Shown here one piece after another: positions 13,701-26,363 of a stretch of 64,000 bases of DNA. The notes below the pieces were generated by a model that saw nothing but the letters and a program-made list of their open reading frames with translations, ran no database searches and was not told the origin of the DNA. The DNA is from Macrostomum hystrix (taxonomy: Eukaryota > Animalia > Platyhelminthes), in assembly GCA_950097015.1 (NCBI GenBank), contig CATNEN010000005.1, forward strand, positions 5,270,001 to 5,334,000. Reading direction: 5' to 3'. How positions within the stretch are numbered: the first letter of the stretch is position 1; each line of letters starts with the position of its first letter. Both the position numbers and the translations under genes were made by a program.

Positions 13701-15380
13701 TATGATTCTTCAGTAGGTCATCGCTTCATCTATGATTCTTCAGTAGGTCACGCTTCATCTATGATTCTTCAGTAGGTCATCGCTTCATCTATGATTCTTC
13801 AGTAGGTCATCGCTTCATCTATGATTCTTCAGTAGGTCATCGCTTCATCTATGATTCTTCAGTAGGTTCATCGCTTCATCTATGATTCTTCAGTAGGTCA
13901 TCGCTTCGTCTATGATTCTTCAGTAGGTCATCGCTTCATCTATGATTCTTCAGTAGGTCATCGCTTCATCTAAGAGTACTTCAGTAGGTCATCGCTTCAT
14001 CTATGATTCTTCAGTAGGTCATCGCTTCATCTATGATTCTTCAGTAGGTCATCGCTTCATCTATGATTCTTCAGTAGGTCATCGCTTCATCTATGATTCT
14101 TCAGTAGGTCATCGCTTCGTCTATGATTCTTCAGTAGGTCATCGCTTCATCTATGATTCTTCAGTAGGTCATCGCTTCATCTATGATTCTTCAGTAGGTC
14201 ATCGCTTCATCTATGATTCTTCAGTAGGTCATCGCTTCATCTATGATTCTTCAGTAGGTCAACGCTTCTTCCATGATTCTTCAGTAGGTCATCGCTTCAT
14301 CTATGATTCTTCAGTAGGTCATCGCTTCATCTATGATTCTTCAGTAGGTCATCGCTTCATCTATGATTCTTCAGTAGGTCATCGCTTCATCTATGATTCT
14401 TCAGTAGGTCATCGCTTCATCTATGATTCTTCAGTAGGTCATCGCTTCATCTATGATTCTTCAGTAGGTCATCGCTTCATCTATGATTCTTCAGTAGGTC
14501 ATCGCTTCGTCTATGATTCTTCAGTAGGTCATCGCTTCGTCTATGATTCTTCAGTAGGTCATCGCTTCATCTATGATTCTTCAGTAGGTCATCGCTTCAT
14601 CTAAGATTCTTCAGTAGGTCATCGCTTCATCTATGATTCTTCAGTAGGTCATCGCTTCATCTATGATTCTTCAGTAGGTCATCGCTTCGTCTATGATTCT
14701 TCAGTAGGTCATCGCTTCATCTATGATTCTTCAGTAGGTCATCGCTTCATCTAAGAGACTTCAGTAGGTCATCGCTTCATCTATGATTCTTCAGTAGGTC
14801 ATCGCTTCATCTATGATTCTTCAGTAGGTCATCGCTTCATCTATGATTCTTCAGTAGGTCATCGCTTCATCTATGATTCTTCAGTAGGTCATCGCTTCAT
14901 CTAAGATACTTCAGTAGGTCATCGCTTCATCTAAGATACTTCAGTAGGTCATCGCTTCATCTATGATTCTTCAGTAGGTCATCGCTTCATCTATGATTCT
15001 TCAGTAGGTCATCGCTTCATCTAAGATACTTCAGTAGGTCATCGCTTCATCTATGATTCTTCAGTAGGTCATCGCTTCATCTATGATTCTTCAGTAGGTC
15101 ATCGCTTCATCTATGATTCTTCAGTAGGTCATCGCTTCATCTATGATTCTTCAGTAGGTCATCGCTTCATCTATGATTCTTCAGTTGGTCATCGCTTTAT
15201 CTATGATTCTTTAGTAGGTCAACGCTTCATCTATGATTCTTCAGTAGGTCATCGCTTCATTCATGATTCTTCACTTGGTCATCGCTTTATCTATGATTCT
15301 TTAGTAGGTCATCGCTTCGTCTATTATTCTTACGACGGTAATCGCATTTTCTATGAACCTTCACTTGGTCATCGCTTCAT
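10761..15380. repeat. 30-bp minisatellite, same unit, right block (~150 units) with higher-order duplication
   Basis: Visible array. Rare variant units recur at 1290-bp spacing. Confidence 0.97.
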
Positions 15381-16305
15381 GTATGTCCCCGCTTTATGTA
15401 AGAGTTAATTATTATTTTTCTCTTTTATTTTCGTACGACCTGCGCAATATTATACAGTTATGTAGTTTTACAAAAATAGTACTTATTTTTTCGTACTACT
15501 AATATACTGAGTAGCTAGTGTGAATAGATAAGTAACAAGCATTTTATATATAAAAAACGTTATTTCTAAAATGCTCAATGTTTATGACAAGCTAAGTATC
15601 TCTTGTTTTAAACGCATAAAGGAATTTTCCAGTTTGCTTAGACAAAGAAAAGCTATTATGAAGTTAGGTTTTTGTTCATAAAAATCTGGCAAATTAGATT
15701 AATTTTCTATTAAACAGGAGATTGAAGATTAGCATTTTCAGATTCTCAGAGGCATTCACAGAGTTAAATTCCGTGTGTTTTAGACTGAAAAATATAGTTT
15801 TAAATAAAATTTGCCAGCTTTTTCTCTGTTAGACTGTATTTGAAAGCCGCCAAGCTATTGCAGTTTACAGTTCCAGAAACAGAATGAAATGACATTTTAA
15901 CGACGCTTTTTTGGCTATTAAATTGATGGCTGATGGAATATGTCAGTAGTGCCAATTTAATTTTCGCTACACTCATTAAATAGACTTTTTCTTTTGATGA
16001 CACTACCTTGGGATAGATGTTATAGATTATGCTCTAGCGATGTATTAAATTTCATGGACTAGGATAACGTCAGATTAGAACTCGGGTTATGGGATAAGAC
16101 AGATAAAATGTTGCTGGATCGGATAATTGGACATGGGATGGGATAAGGATGGATTAGATGAGAACAGACAGCCGAAATGTGTCGAACAATGGCTAATTTG
16201 TATAAAAAAACGGACATATAAACAGAATGTGTTGTATTTTAAAGCATTACTTTTTTACTTAATAATCAGTTTTATCTCATTTTAATAATTCCCACAAATT
16301 TGCAG

Positions 16306-19300
16306 GATCCCTCGACGCCTCAGTCGCTGACCGCGGAGGTTGAGCTCAGTCTGGCAGCAGACGATGAGGCGAGGCTTCGTCGCTGTCTCGATGCGGCGCC
16401 GGACTCAGTGCTGGCCAACGAAGCCTGGGACGTGGCTCGCTGCCTGTCTCAGTACCTGACCCAGGAACACCTTGAGCAGCATCCGGTGCTGTTTGTACTG
16501 TGCTCAACTGTGCTCAGAGATCGGCTGTCCAAAATCGGCAGCGCCAAGGAGGTTCTGCTGGTGCTGTTGGAGGCGCTGGATTGCTTCAAGGATGACTGCA
16601 GATTTGAGCAGCTGATTCCGTCTGTCAGGAACTGCTTGGCCCGAGTTGGCGCAGCCAGCGCTGAGGCGGCTCTTGACGTGCTCGGAGCTCACATTCAAAG
16701 CTGCGGATATCCGCAGGCATCATTGGAAGACGATGAGCTCGCCCTGATGCAGTCGGATCCCGAGACTCAGCGAGCTCTGCGCCTCACCGCCCAGCTGCTG
16801 CAGCTCCTCAGGGACCTCCTGCAGGACGCGGGTTCGAATCCTGCTCCCCGGCTGCAGCGGGCGGTGGCCGCCTGCGCGCTGCGGCTGCTTGAGAAGCCAC
16901 TGCTGCCTGCCGACCTCTGCTGGAGCAGCAGCGACCAGCGACTGAGGTCCGATGCGTGCGACCTGGCATCCCAACTCACCCAGCTTCTGGCTTCAGTGAT
17001 GGGGCAGCGCTTGACTCAATTGCTGCTCTGCGGCACCTCCGATGACGTCACCGCCTCCCCGAATGCCAGGCTGGCTGCTGCCTTCACCATCCTCACTGGG
17101 GCTGCCGATGTGGGATCGGTGTTTCCTCAGGTGAGTGGGGTTTCAGTGAGTGTGGGATAGTGCGATTTCACTGAGTTTGTGATCCGCGTTTCCGCAGTTA
17201 AGTGGGATTTCAGTGAGTTTGACATCCGCGTTTCCACAGGTGAGTGGGATTTCAGTGAGTGTGGGATCCGCGTTTCCTCAGGTGAGTGGGATTTCAGTGA
17301 GTGTGGGATCACTAAAGTATCCCCAATCTCAGCTGTACTCAGGCAAATCCCATCACTAAAATATCCCCAATCCTCAGGTGTACTCAGGCAAATCCCATCA
17401 CTAAAATATCCCCAATCCTCAGGTGTACTCAAGCTCTCACCTGATGCTGCAGCTGCTGCCTGTGCTGTCATCTTCCCTGTCAGGCGAGTCAGCCGCAGCA
17501 GCTCGAGTCGCCCTGTCGCTGCTGCATCGGCTCGTGCCGGAGCCGGACTTGCTGGATGCCGGTCTGTGGGATTTGACCGAGTTCCGAGAGTTCTGGGCGG
17601 CCCTGCAGCGATGCCTCATCCATCAGCCAGCTGCTGACTGCCGCAGGCAAGCTCTTGACTGCCTCTCCGCCATCTTCGCTGCCGCTGGACCGGCAGGTCG
17701 TCACCGGGCCATCCTGCGCAGCCTGAACTCCCAGGACCATGCCAGCTGCCGCGGCTTCTTCATCAGCCGGCTTAAGGACCAGCTTGCCTTGGCGCTGGAC
17801 GCCTGCGACTCCGGCAAGCCGGCCAGCCCGCAGGTTGAGCTGTTCACAGGCAGCTCTGCTCTGCGCCTGCTGGACAAAGCCTTCTCTCTGCCCAAGGGTG
17901 CCGTCTCTGACATGCTGGAGGAGGCTGAGACCATCATTGCCGGCCTGAACCTACTGAAGTTTCTGGCCCTGAGGGACCGGCAGAACCGCAGCCTGTTCTG
18001 GAATCGGCACCGGATCATCACCGAGACCTACCTGGATGAGATGCGCACCGGCTTCAACATGTCCATGGCGCACTACAAGGTGAGGCAGTGGGTGTGCAGT
18101 TAGGGGTTCTATTCCCGATATGTATCGAAAAATTGTAGTCTTAGTTTTGTATTTTTAAATCTTTTGTAGTTTTAGCGGCTGAAATCTATCGAAAATTTAT
18201 CAAATAACTTTTTTGTATGTACATTTCTCGAATAAATGTTTGGACTTTCTGACGCAGCATGTAATTAAAATCGATTAAAATCGGCAGAAATCGATAGTAA
18301 AGTGATTAGATATCAGTTTTCCGATATGTATCGAAAACGTATGATGTAGATAGACAGTATGTATATAAAACATGACGTGTTTCGTATTTTAAACTTTCTT
18401 AATTGTTCAGTTTTAGCCTTTCTGTATAGATGATATATTTTTACTATAAAAAGTTTTAGATTTAGTGAGACTTCTTTGCTCTGCCGCTGTTAAGACAGTA
18501 AAACTGGACCATTGCCTTTGGAAAGTTTACTTTTTTGCTAAAATTAATTAAAACTCTAGATCGAAAACCTTTTACTCTGCCTTTGTGACAAGAGGTTAAT
18601 AATTAGTACCGTAAAAGAAACTAAGGTCATTCGGGTGAAAAATTGTATTTAACTGATCAGAATCTACTCAGAAGTAACTTAAAATATCGACGTCAGTCGC
18701 TCTGCAGACTTTTAAGTAACCCCGTTCTTTACTCTGTTCTTTACCTAATTATATATATCTAATCATTAGGATTTTTCAACGATAAAATCAGCATTTCTAT
18801 CAATAACTAAACTTTGTATCTTTCTAATTTTCGAGCATATCGAAATAGCTCGTATTTTCGGAAATAATCTAAAAAAGTATGTTTTTGTAACCCGTATTTT
18901 TTTCTCTATATTCTTGATAGTTTACAGTAGCATATTCGCATTGTAAGTAGCCGAAATGTAGAGAAAAAAATTAATTGCCCTGTGGCTGATGCCAAAGGAT
19001 CATTTTCGAATTTTGTTGCCGATATGTACCGAAAAAGGTATATCCTGTTGCTGATGTTAGCGGATTATTTTCGATTTTTTGTTGCCGATATGCATAGAAA
19101 AAATCAAATATGTGTAGTTAATGATAACGTGTCGTCTTCGTATTGTCTTTAGCCGATATGTATCGAAAAAAAATCGAATAGCCTGGTATCCCATATGTAT
19201 CGAAAAGTGTGTCATCACGTCTGCAGGCCGAGTACCGCAACCCGACCACGGAGGAGGACCTGATCGTGCCAGCCGAGGAGATGCGGGCAGACGGCATCGA

Positions 19301-19565
19301 GCCGAGCATCTCAGTGGGCGGGGTGCCGCTGCCGCCGATGTCGCGGTCGGAGAAGCGCCGGGTCATGCGGGAGGCGCTGAACCGCCTCGAGCTGCTCGTC
19401 TTCGTCCACGGCGAGGCCTGCGACGCCCTCGACCGCATGCGGCCAGACTGGGTGACCGCCGCGCCGCGACCCGAGGGCGACGCCAACAACCCCTACGTGA
19501 GGGACGCCACCGAGGTCACCCACATCCCAGACGACACCTGGGATCCCAGCGACCTGAGCGTGTGA
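16306..19565 (+). CDS. GLMN: Glomulin-like protein (GLMN/ALF4/YAP-binding family). Exons are 16306-17130, 17423-18079 and 19227-19565 (stop). The first coding exon is uncertain; one candidate is ATG GAA TAT at 15933-15941 followed by GTCAGT.
   Basis: All junctions are canonical AG/GT and phase 0, giving 606 codons plus stop. Motifs EAWDVARCL, AKEVLLVLLEALD, FPQ|VYSSSHL, FFISRLKDQL, IIAGLNLLKFLALRD and GFNMSMAHYK|AEY resemble glomulin (GWNLVGPVVRCL, PKELLLGLLE, LNLLRYLVIKD, GLNMSKAHYEAE). Confidence 0.82.
17110..17305 (+). repeat. 42-bp tandem repeat copying the GLMN exon/intron donor junction
   Basis: Units GTTTCC(T/A/G)CAG|G(T)GAGTGGGATTTCAGTGAGT start at 17121, 17188, 17230 and 17272. Confidence 0.85.
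17308..17432 (+). repeat. 45-bp tandem repeat copying the GLMN intron/exon acceptor junction
   Basis: Unit ...ATATCCCCAATCCTCAG|GTGTACTCA occurs about 3 times and ends at the real acceptor (17422/17423). Confidence 0.85.
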
Positions 19566-19760
19566 TGGGATAATTCTCCCCTGCGACCTGACTGACTGTG
19601 TGATGGGATAATTCTCCCCTGCGACCTGACTGACTGTGTGAGCGGATAATTCTCCCCTGCGACCTGACTGACTGTGTGATGGGATAATTCTCCCTGAGAC
19701 CTGACTGGCTGTGTGAGGGGATAATTCTCCCCTGCGACCTGACTGTGTGAGGGGATCTTA
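19545..19760 (+). repeat. ~38-bp tandem repeat beginning at the GLMN stop codon
   Basis: GGGATAATTCTCCCCTGCGACCTGACTGACTGTGTGAT occurs about 5 times. Confidence 0.88.
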
Positions 19761-20519
19761 CTCGGCAGCTTTTAGTGGGATAATCTTGGATGTCAGTGGG
19801 GTGATCTGATATGTCATTTGGAATCTGACTGAGACCGCATAACAATAAAATATTATTTATTACAGTAGGGCTATTAGGACACTTTATTAAAAGATGAATT
19901 GAGGTAGTAAGTTCAGTAATTTGCATGAACATTAAAATACTAGTTTTAAGTTGTTAGTATATAAATTACTTATTGCATTTATGCTTTTTCGTTACAGGTA
20001 TATAGTATTGTTAGTTTTCTTTGAGAAGACTGCAGCCTTTATGTTTAAATATACTCATTCGTCTTTTGATTTACTCGTATTGCTTTGCAACAACAATGCC
20101 GCACGGAGAACAGACATAATAATTTTTTTATTTTAAGTAGTGACAAAATTCACCAACAAGCATAATATTAGAATAACCTTCGGTTATTGAATTTTGAAGG
20201 TCAAAAATAAGGGACATGTTTTTCCGTCTTGTCTTTTTTTAGCTGAAAACAAATTAAAATAATCGAATAAGCATACCATTATAAGGCAGTGCAGGAGGGG
20301 CTTAAGGAATAGAAATAATTGCATCAGTCCGATTCAGTGTAAACAGGCAATTTCTTTCTTTCTTTCTTTGAATCGTTGTCGTTTCGAGTGACCATGCTGG
20401 CGTCAATACGTGGGCTGATTTCACCTGGTCATTTATTTTTTCTTTGTTCGAAGAAAACTGCTATTCTTTTAACTGCGATTTTTTTCTTCTTGATGGGCTC
20501 TACTAAATATGAAATTCAA

Positions 20520-20792
20520 GATTGTGGCCAGACTGGGCTAGACAGCACAGCCGCAGCTATTGCACGGCGCGTCTGAAGGCTGCGCACGGCTGTTCAGTCC
20601 ACGGACTGGGGGGACGCCACACCCACCTTCAATTATCCCAGCTAATGCTGGTACCCATTTAACAGCTGGGTGAACTGAAGCAATGCAGAGGTGAGTGTCT
20701 AGCTATAGTGTCTAGGACACATTGTTCCAGTGAAGTCGGGAATCGAACCCCCGACCTTCAAGTCGTGAGTCCGACGCGCTAACCACTAGAAT
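20520..20792 (-). mobile_element. tRNA-derived SINE, family B, with a CORE/Meta-like central domain
   Basis: The minus strand reads TCTAGTGGTTAGCGCG (A box) ... GGTTCGATTCCC (B box), then TGTGTCC..AGACACT..TTGCTTCAGTTCACCCAGCTGTTAAATGGGTACC. A related fragment lies at ~9375-9475. Confidence 0.7.
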
Positions 20793-21509
20793 AAAACCTC
20801 TTAACCTGTAACAAAAAATAAATACTGGGTTCTTTTCTTGGAAACAGGTTTTCCTATAAACTGATATTTTATTAGATCAAAAGTTAATCCGAATTTCAAT
20901 TTTCAAACTCCCAATAAATTGAAGTCATTTGCTTTTGAAGAAAAACTTCGAAGCCAAGTATTTTGCGGCTAGTTGACTAAATGTAGGCATGTTGGCTTCA
21001 ATAACTAATGTTTCGTTTAACTTTGTGTAAATAGCAAACTTTTATATTTAGTTTAGTTCGGCAAGCATGGCTGTGTGAATGTCGAAAATGTTTCTCTTAA
21101 AAGATTAAAGGGCCAAATAATGGCGAAGCCATGCGGCTTAGAACCATCTAATCATAGCTTCTTTAGAATGATTCTAACAATAAGGTGGGCTGAGTCTCTA
21201 CTTACTGGCCAAATAAGCGGGAAAAACTTTTAGAGATTTCGGACCATTGTTGGCGAACGAGTGATTTGAAACCCGATTTTTCTAGTTTTTATCCTAGACT
21301 TTGCACTCTAGTTTAGATTGTAATCGACCTCCTCATTAAAAAGGCTCAATGAATGACTGTCTGTTATTCTTCAGTGTCCTATGACGGGTGAACTTTTTAT
21401 GTCACTCATTCATTTGTTAAGCAAAACTAAGAATGGCTAGTGTTTGCCGCAATAACAGACACTGAATTTCCCGCCTACGTAATTGTGCCATGTTCAGCAT
21501 CAATATCAC

Positions 21510-24500
21510 TCCAGTCCCTTTAGAAATGTCACTTCAGTCACTTTAGAAATGTCACTTCAGTCCCTTTAGAAATGTCACTCCAGCCCTTTAGAAATGTCAC
21601 TTCAGTCACTTTAGAAATGTCACTTCAGTCCCTTTAGAAATGTCACTTCAGTCACTTTAGAAATGTCACTTCAGTCCCTTTAGAAATGTCACTCCAGCCC
21701 TTTAGAAATGTCACTTGAGTCACTTTAGAAATGTCACTCCAGTCCCTTTAGAAATGTCACTTCAGTCACTTTAGAAATGTCACTTCAGTCCCTTTAGAAA
21801 TGTCACTCCAGCCCTTTAGAAATGTCACTCCAGCCCTTTAGAAATCTCACTTCATTCCCTTTGAAATAATACTCTAGTCCTTATAAAATGTCACTCCAGC
21901 CCTTTAGAAATGTCACTCCAGCCCTTTAGAAATTTCACTCCAGTCCCTTTGAAATAATACTCTAGTCCTTATAAAATGTCATTCCAGCCCTTTAGAAATG
22001 TCACTCCAGCCCTTTAGAAATGTCACTCCAGCCCTTTAGAAATGTCACTCCAGCCCTTTAGAAATGTCACTCCAGCCCTTTAGAAATGTCACTCCAGCCC
22101 TTTAGAAATCTCACTCCAGCCCTTTAGAAATGTCACTCCAGCCCTTTAGAAATGTCACTCCAGCCCTTTAGAAATCTCACTCCAGCCCTTTAGAAATCTC
22201 ACTTCAGTCCCTTTAGAAATGTCACTTTAGCCCTTTAGAAATGTCACTCCAGCCCTTTAGAAATGTCACTCCAGCCCTTTAGAAATCTCACTTCAGTCCC
22301 TTTAGAAATGTCACTCCAGCCCTTTAGAAATGTCACTCCAGTCCCTTTAGAAATGTCACTCCAGCCCTTTAGAAATGTCACTCCAGCCCTTTAGAAATGT
22401 CACTCCAGTCCCTTTAGAAATGTCACTCCAGCCCTTTAGAAATTTCACTCCAGTCCCTTTGAAATAATACTCTAGTCCTTATAAAATGTCATTCCAGCCC
22501 TTTAGAAATGTCACTCCAGCCCTTTAGAAATGTCACTCCAGCCCTTTAGAAATGTCACTCCAGCCCTTTAGAAATGTCACTCCAGCCCTTTAGAAATGTC
22601 ACTCCAGCCCTTTAGAAATCTCACTCCAGCCCTTTAGAAATGTCACTCCAGCCCTTTAGAAATTTCACTCCAGTCCCTTTGAAATAATACTCTAGTCCTT
22701 ATAAAATGTCATTCCAGCCCTTTAGAAATGTCACTCCAGCCCTTTAGAAATGTCACTCCAGCCCTTTAGAAATGTCACTCCAGCCCTTTAGAAATGTCAC
22801 TCCAGCCCTTTAGAAATTTCACTCCAGTCCCTTTGAAATAATACTCTATTCCTTATAAAATGTCACTCCAGCCCTTTAGAAATGTCACTTCAGTCCCTTT
22901 AGAAATGTCACTCCAGCCCTTTAGAAATGTCACTCCAGCCCTTTTAGAAATGTCACTTCTGTCCCTTTAGAAATGTCACTCAAGCCCTTTAGAAATGTCA
23001 CTTCAGTCCCTTTAGAAATGTCACTCCAGCCCTTTAGAAATGCCACTTCAGTCCCTTTAGAAATGTCACTCCAGCCCTTTATAAATGTCACTCCAGCCCT
23101 TTAGAAATGTCACTCCAGCCCTTTAGAAATGTCACTCCAGCCCTTTAGAAATCTCACTTCAGTCCCTTTAGAAATGTCACTCTAGCCCTTTAGAAATGTC
23201 ACTCCAGCCCTTTAGAAATGTCACTCCAGCCCTTTAGAAATCTCACTTCAGTCCCTTTAGAAATGTCACTCCAGCCCTTTAGAAATGTCACTTCAGTCCC
23301 TTTAGAAATTTCACTCCAGTCCCTTTAGAAATTTCACTTCAGCCCTTTAGAAATGTCACTCCAGTCCCTTTAGAAATGTCACTCCAGTCCCTTTAGAAAT
23401 GTCACTCCAGCCCTTTAGAAATGTCACTTCAGTCCCTTTAGAAATGTCACTTCAGTCCCTTTAGAAATTTCACTCCAGTCCCTTTAGAAATTTCACTTCA
23501 GCCCTTTAGAAATGTCACTCCAGTCCCTTTAGAAATGTCACTCCAGCCCTTTAGAAATGTCACTTCAGTCCCTTTAGAAATTTCACTCCAGTCCCTTTAG
23601 AAATGTCACTCCAGCCCTCTAGAAATGTCACTCCAGCCCTTTAGAAATGTCACTCCAGCCCTTTAGAAATGTCATTCCAGCCCTTTAGAAATGTCACTTC
23701 AGTCCCTTTAGAAATTTCACTCCAGTCCCTTTAGAAATTTCAGTTCAGCCCTTTAGAAATGTCACTCCAGTCCCTTTAGAAATGTCACTTCAGTCCCTTT
23801 AGAAATTTCACTCCAGTCCCTTTAGAAATTTCACTTCAGCCCTTTAGAAATGTCACTTCAGTCCCTTTAGAAATTTCACTCCAGTCCCTTTAGAAATTTC
23901 ACTCCAGTCCCTTTAGAAATGTCACTCCAGCCCTCTAGAAATGTCACTCCAGCCCTTTAGAAATGTCACTCCAGCCCTTTAGAAATGTCACTTCAGTCCC
24001 TTTAGAAATGTCACTCCAGCCCTTTAGAAATATCACTCCAGCCATTTAGAAATGTCACTTCAATCCCTTTAGAAATGTCACTCCAGCCCTTTAGAAATGT
24101 CACTTCAGTCCCTTTAGAAATGTCACTCCAGCCCTTTAGAAATGTCACTTCAGTCCCTTTAGAAATGTCACTCTAGCCCTTTAGAAATGTCACTTCAGTC
24201 CCTTTAGAAATTTTACTCCAGTCCCTTTAGAAATGTCACTCCAGCCCTTTAGAAATGTCACTCCAGCCCTTTAGAAATTTCACTCCAGTCCCTTTGAAAT
24301 AATACTCTAGTCCTTATAAAATGTCATTCCAGCCCTTTAGAAATGTCACTCCAGCCCTTTAGAAATGTCACTCCAGCCCTTTAGAAATGTCACTCCAGCC
24401 CTTTAGAAATGTCACTCCAGCCCTTTAGAAATGTCACTCCAGCCCTTTAGAAATCTCACTCCAGCCCTTTAGAAATGTCACTCCAGCCCTTTAGAAATTT

Positions 24501-26120
24501 CACTCCAGTCCCTTTGAAATATTACTCTAGTCCTTATAAAATGTCATTCCAGCCCTTTAGAAATGTCACTCCAGCCCTTTAGAAATGTCACTCCAGCCCT
24601 TTAGAAATGTCACTCCAGCCCTTTAGAAATGTCACTCCAGCCCTTTAGAAATTTCACTCCAGTCCCTTTGAAATAATACTCTATTCCTTATAAAATGTCA
24701 CTCCAGCCCTTTAGAAATGTCACTTCAGTCCCTTTAGAAATGTCACTCCAGCCCTTTAGAAATGTCACTCCAGCCCTTTTAGAAATGTCACTTCAGTCCC
24801 TTTAGAAATGTCACTCAAGCCCTTTAGAAATGTCACTTCAGTCCCTTTAGAAATGTCACTCCAGCCCTTTAGAAATGCCACTTCAGTCCCTTTAGAAATG
24901 TCACTCCAGCCCTTTATAAATGTCACTCCAGCCCTTTAGAAATGTCACTCCAGCCCTTTAGAAATGTCACTCCATCCCTTTAGAAATCTCACTTCAGTCC
25001 CTTTAGAAATGTCACTCTAGCCCTTTAGAAATGTCACTCCAGCCCTTTAGAAATGTCACTCCAGCCCTTTAGAAATCTCACTTCAGTCCCTTTAGAAATG
25101 TCACTCCAGCCCTTTAGAAATGTCACTTCAGTCCCTTTAGAAATTTCACTCCAGTCCCTTTAGAAATTTCACTTCAGCCCTTTAGAAATGTCACTCCAGC
25201 CCTTTAGAAATGTCATTCCAGCCCTTTAGAAATGTCACTTCAGTCCCTTTAGAAATTTCACTCCAGTCCCTTTAGAAATTTCACTTCAGCCCTTTAGAAA
25301 TGTCACTCCAGTCCCTTTAGAAATGTCACTTCAGTCCCTTTAGAAATTTCACTCCAGTCCCTTTAGAAATTTCACTTCAGCCCTTTAGAAATGTCACTTC
25401 AGTCCCTTTAGAAATTTCACTCCAGTCTCTTTAGAAATTTCACTTCAGCCCTTTAGAAATGTCACTCCAGTCCCTTTAGAAATGTCACTCCAGCCCTTTA
25501 GAAATGTCACTTCAGTCCCTTTAGAAATTTCACTCCAGTCCCTTTAGAAATGTCACTCCAGCCCTCTAGAAATGTCACTCCAGCCCTTTAGAAATGTCAC
25601 TCCAGCCCTTTAGAAATATCACTCCAGCCATTTAGAAATGTCACTTCAATCCCTTTAGAAATGTCACTCCAGCCCTTTAGAAATGTCACTTCAGTCCCTT
25701 TAGAAATGTCACTCCAGCCCTTTAGAAATGTCACTTCAGTCCCTTTAGAAATGTCACTCCAGCCCTTTAGAAATGTCACTTCAGTCCCTTTAGAAATTTT
25801 ACTCCAGTCCCTTTAGAAATGTCACTCCAGCCCTTTAGAAATGTCACTCCAGCCCTTTAGAAATTTCACTCCAGTCCCTTTAGAAATGTCACTCCAGCCC
25901 TTTAGAAATGTCACTTCAGCCCTTAAGAAATGTCACTCCAGCCCTTTAGAAATGTCACTCCAGCCCTTTAGAAATGTCACTCCAGCCCTTTAGAAATGTC
26001 ACTCCAGCCCTTTAGAAATGTCACTCCAACCCTTTAGAAATGTCACTCCAGCCCTTTAGAAATGTCACTTTAGTCCCTTTGAAATATTACTCTAGTCCTT
26101 ATAAAATGTCATTCCAGTCT
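21510..26120. repeat. 22/23-bp minisatellite CACT(C/T)CAG(T)CCCTTTAGAAATGT (~200 units) between GLMN and COQ9
   Basis: Visible array with two unit lengths and recurring variant blocks. Confidence 0.97.
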
Positions 26121-26363
26121 CTACTTCTTTTCAGAAATCTTTTAATTCTAGAAAATTAGAGGTTTAGAAAGCAGCCTTCTTTTTGTGTCCTTACAAATAC
26201 AACTTCACTTTCTTAAATAAATAGTTTTTAGAAAAAAAGAGGAAATAAAGATGTAGAATATTTACTAAGTTCAGTACTTTCCATCGACATTCATTCTAAT
26301 TGCAGTCCGAGTTTAATTAAGCGAACGGAAAGACACAAGCTTTTTGTGAAAGACGCCGTTGCA

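Noticed and set aside
9556-15380. 30-bp array as a CRISPR array or as a coding repeat (DSSVGHRFIY)n
   Set aside because: There are no unique spacers, no cas genes and the context is eukaryotic. The open frame has no start and is broken by TAA variants.
20730-20792. Intact tRNA gene
   Set aside because: A and B boxes are present, but the anticodon and acceptor stems pair poorly and the sequence runs into a SINE-like body. The same applies to the family A heads.
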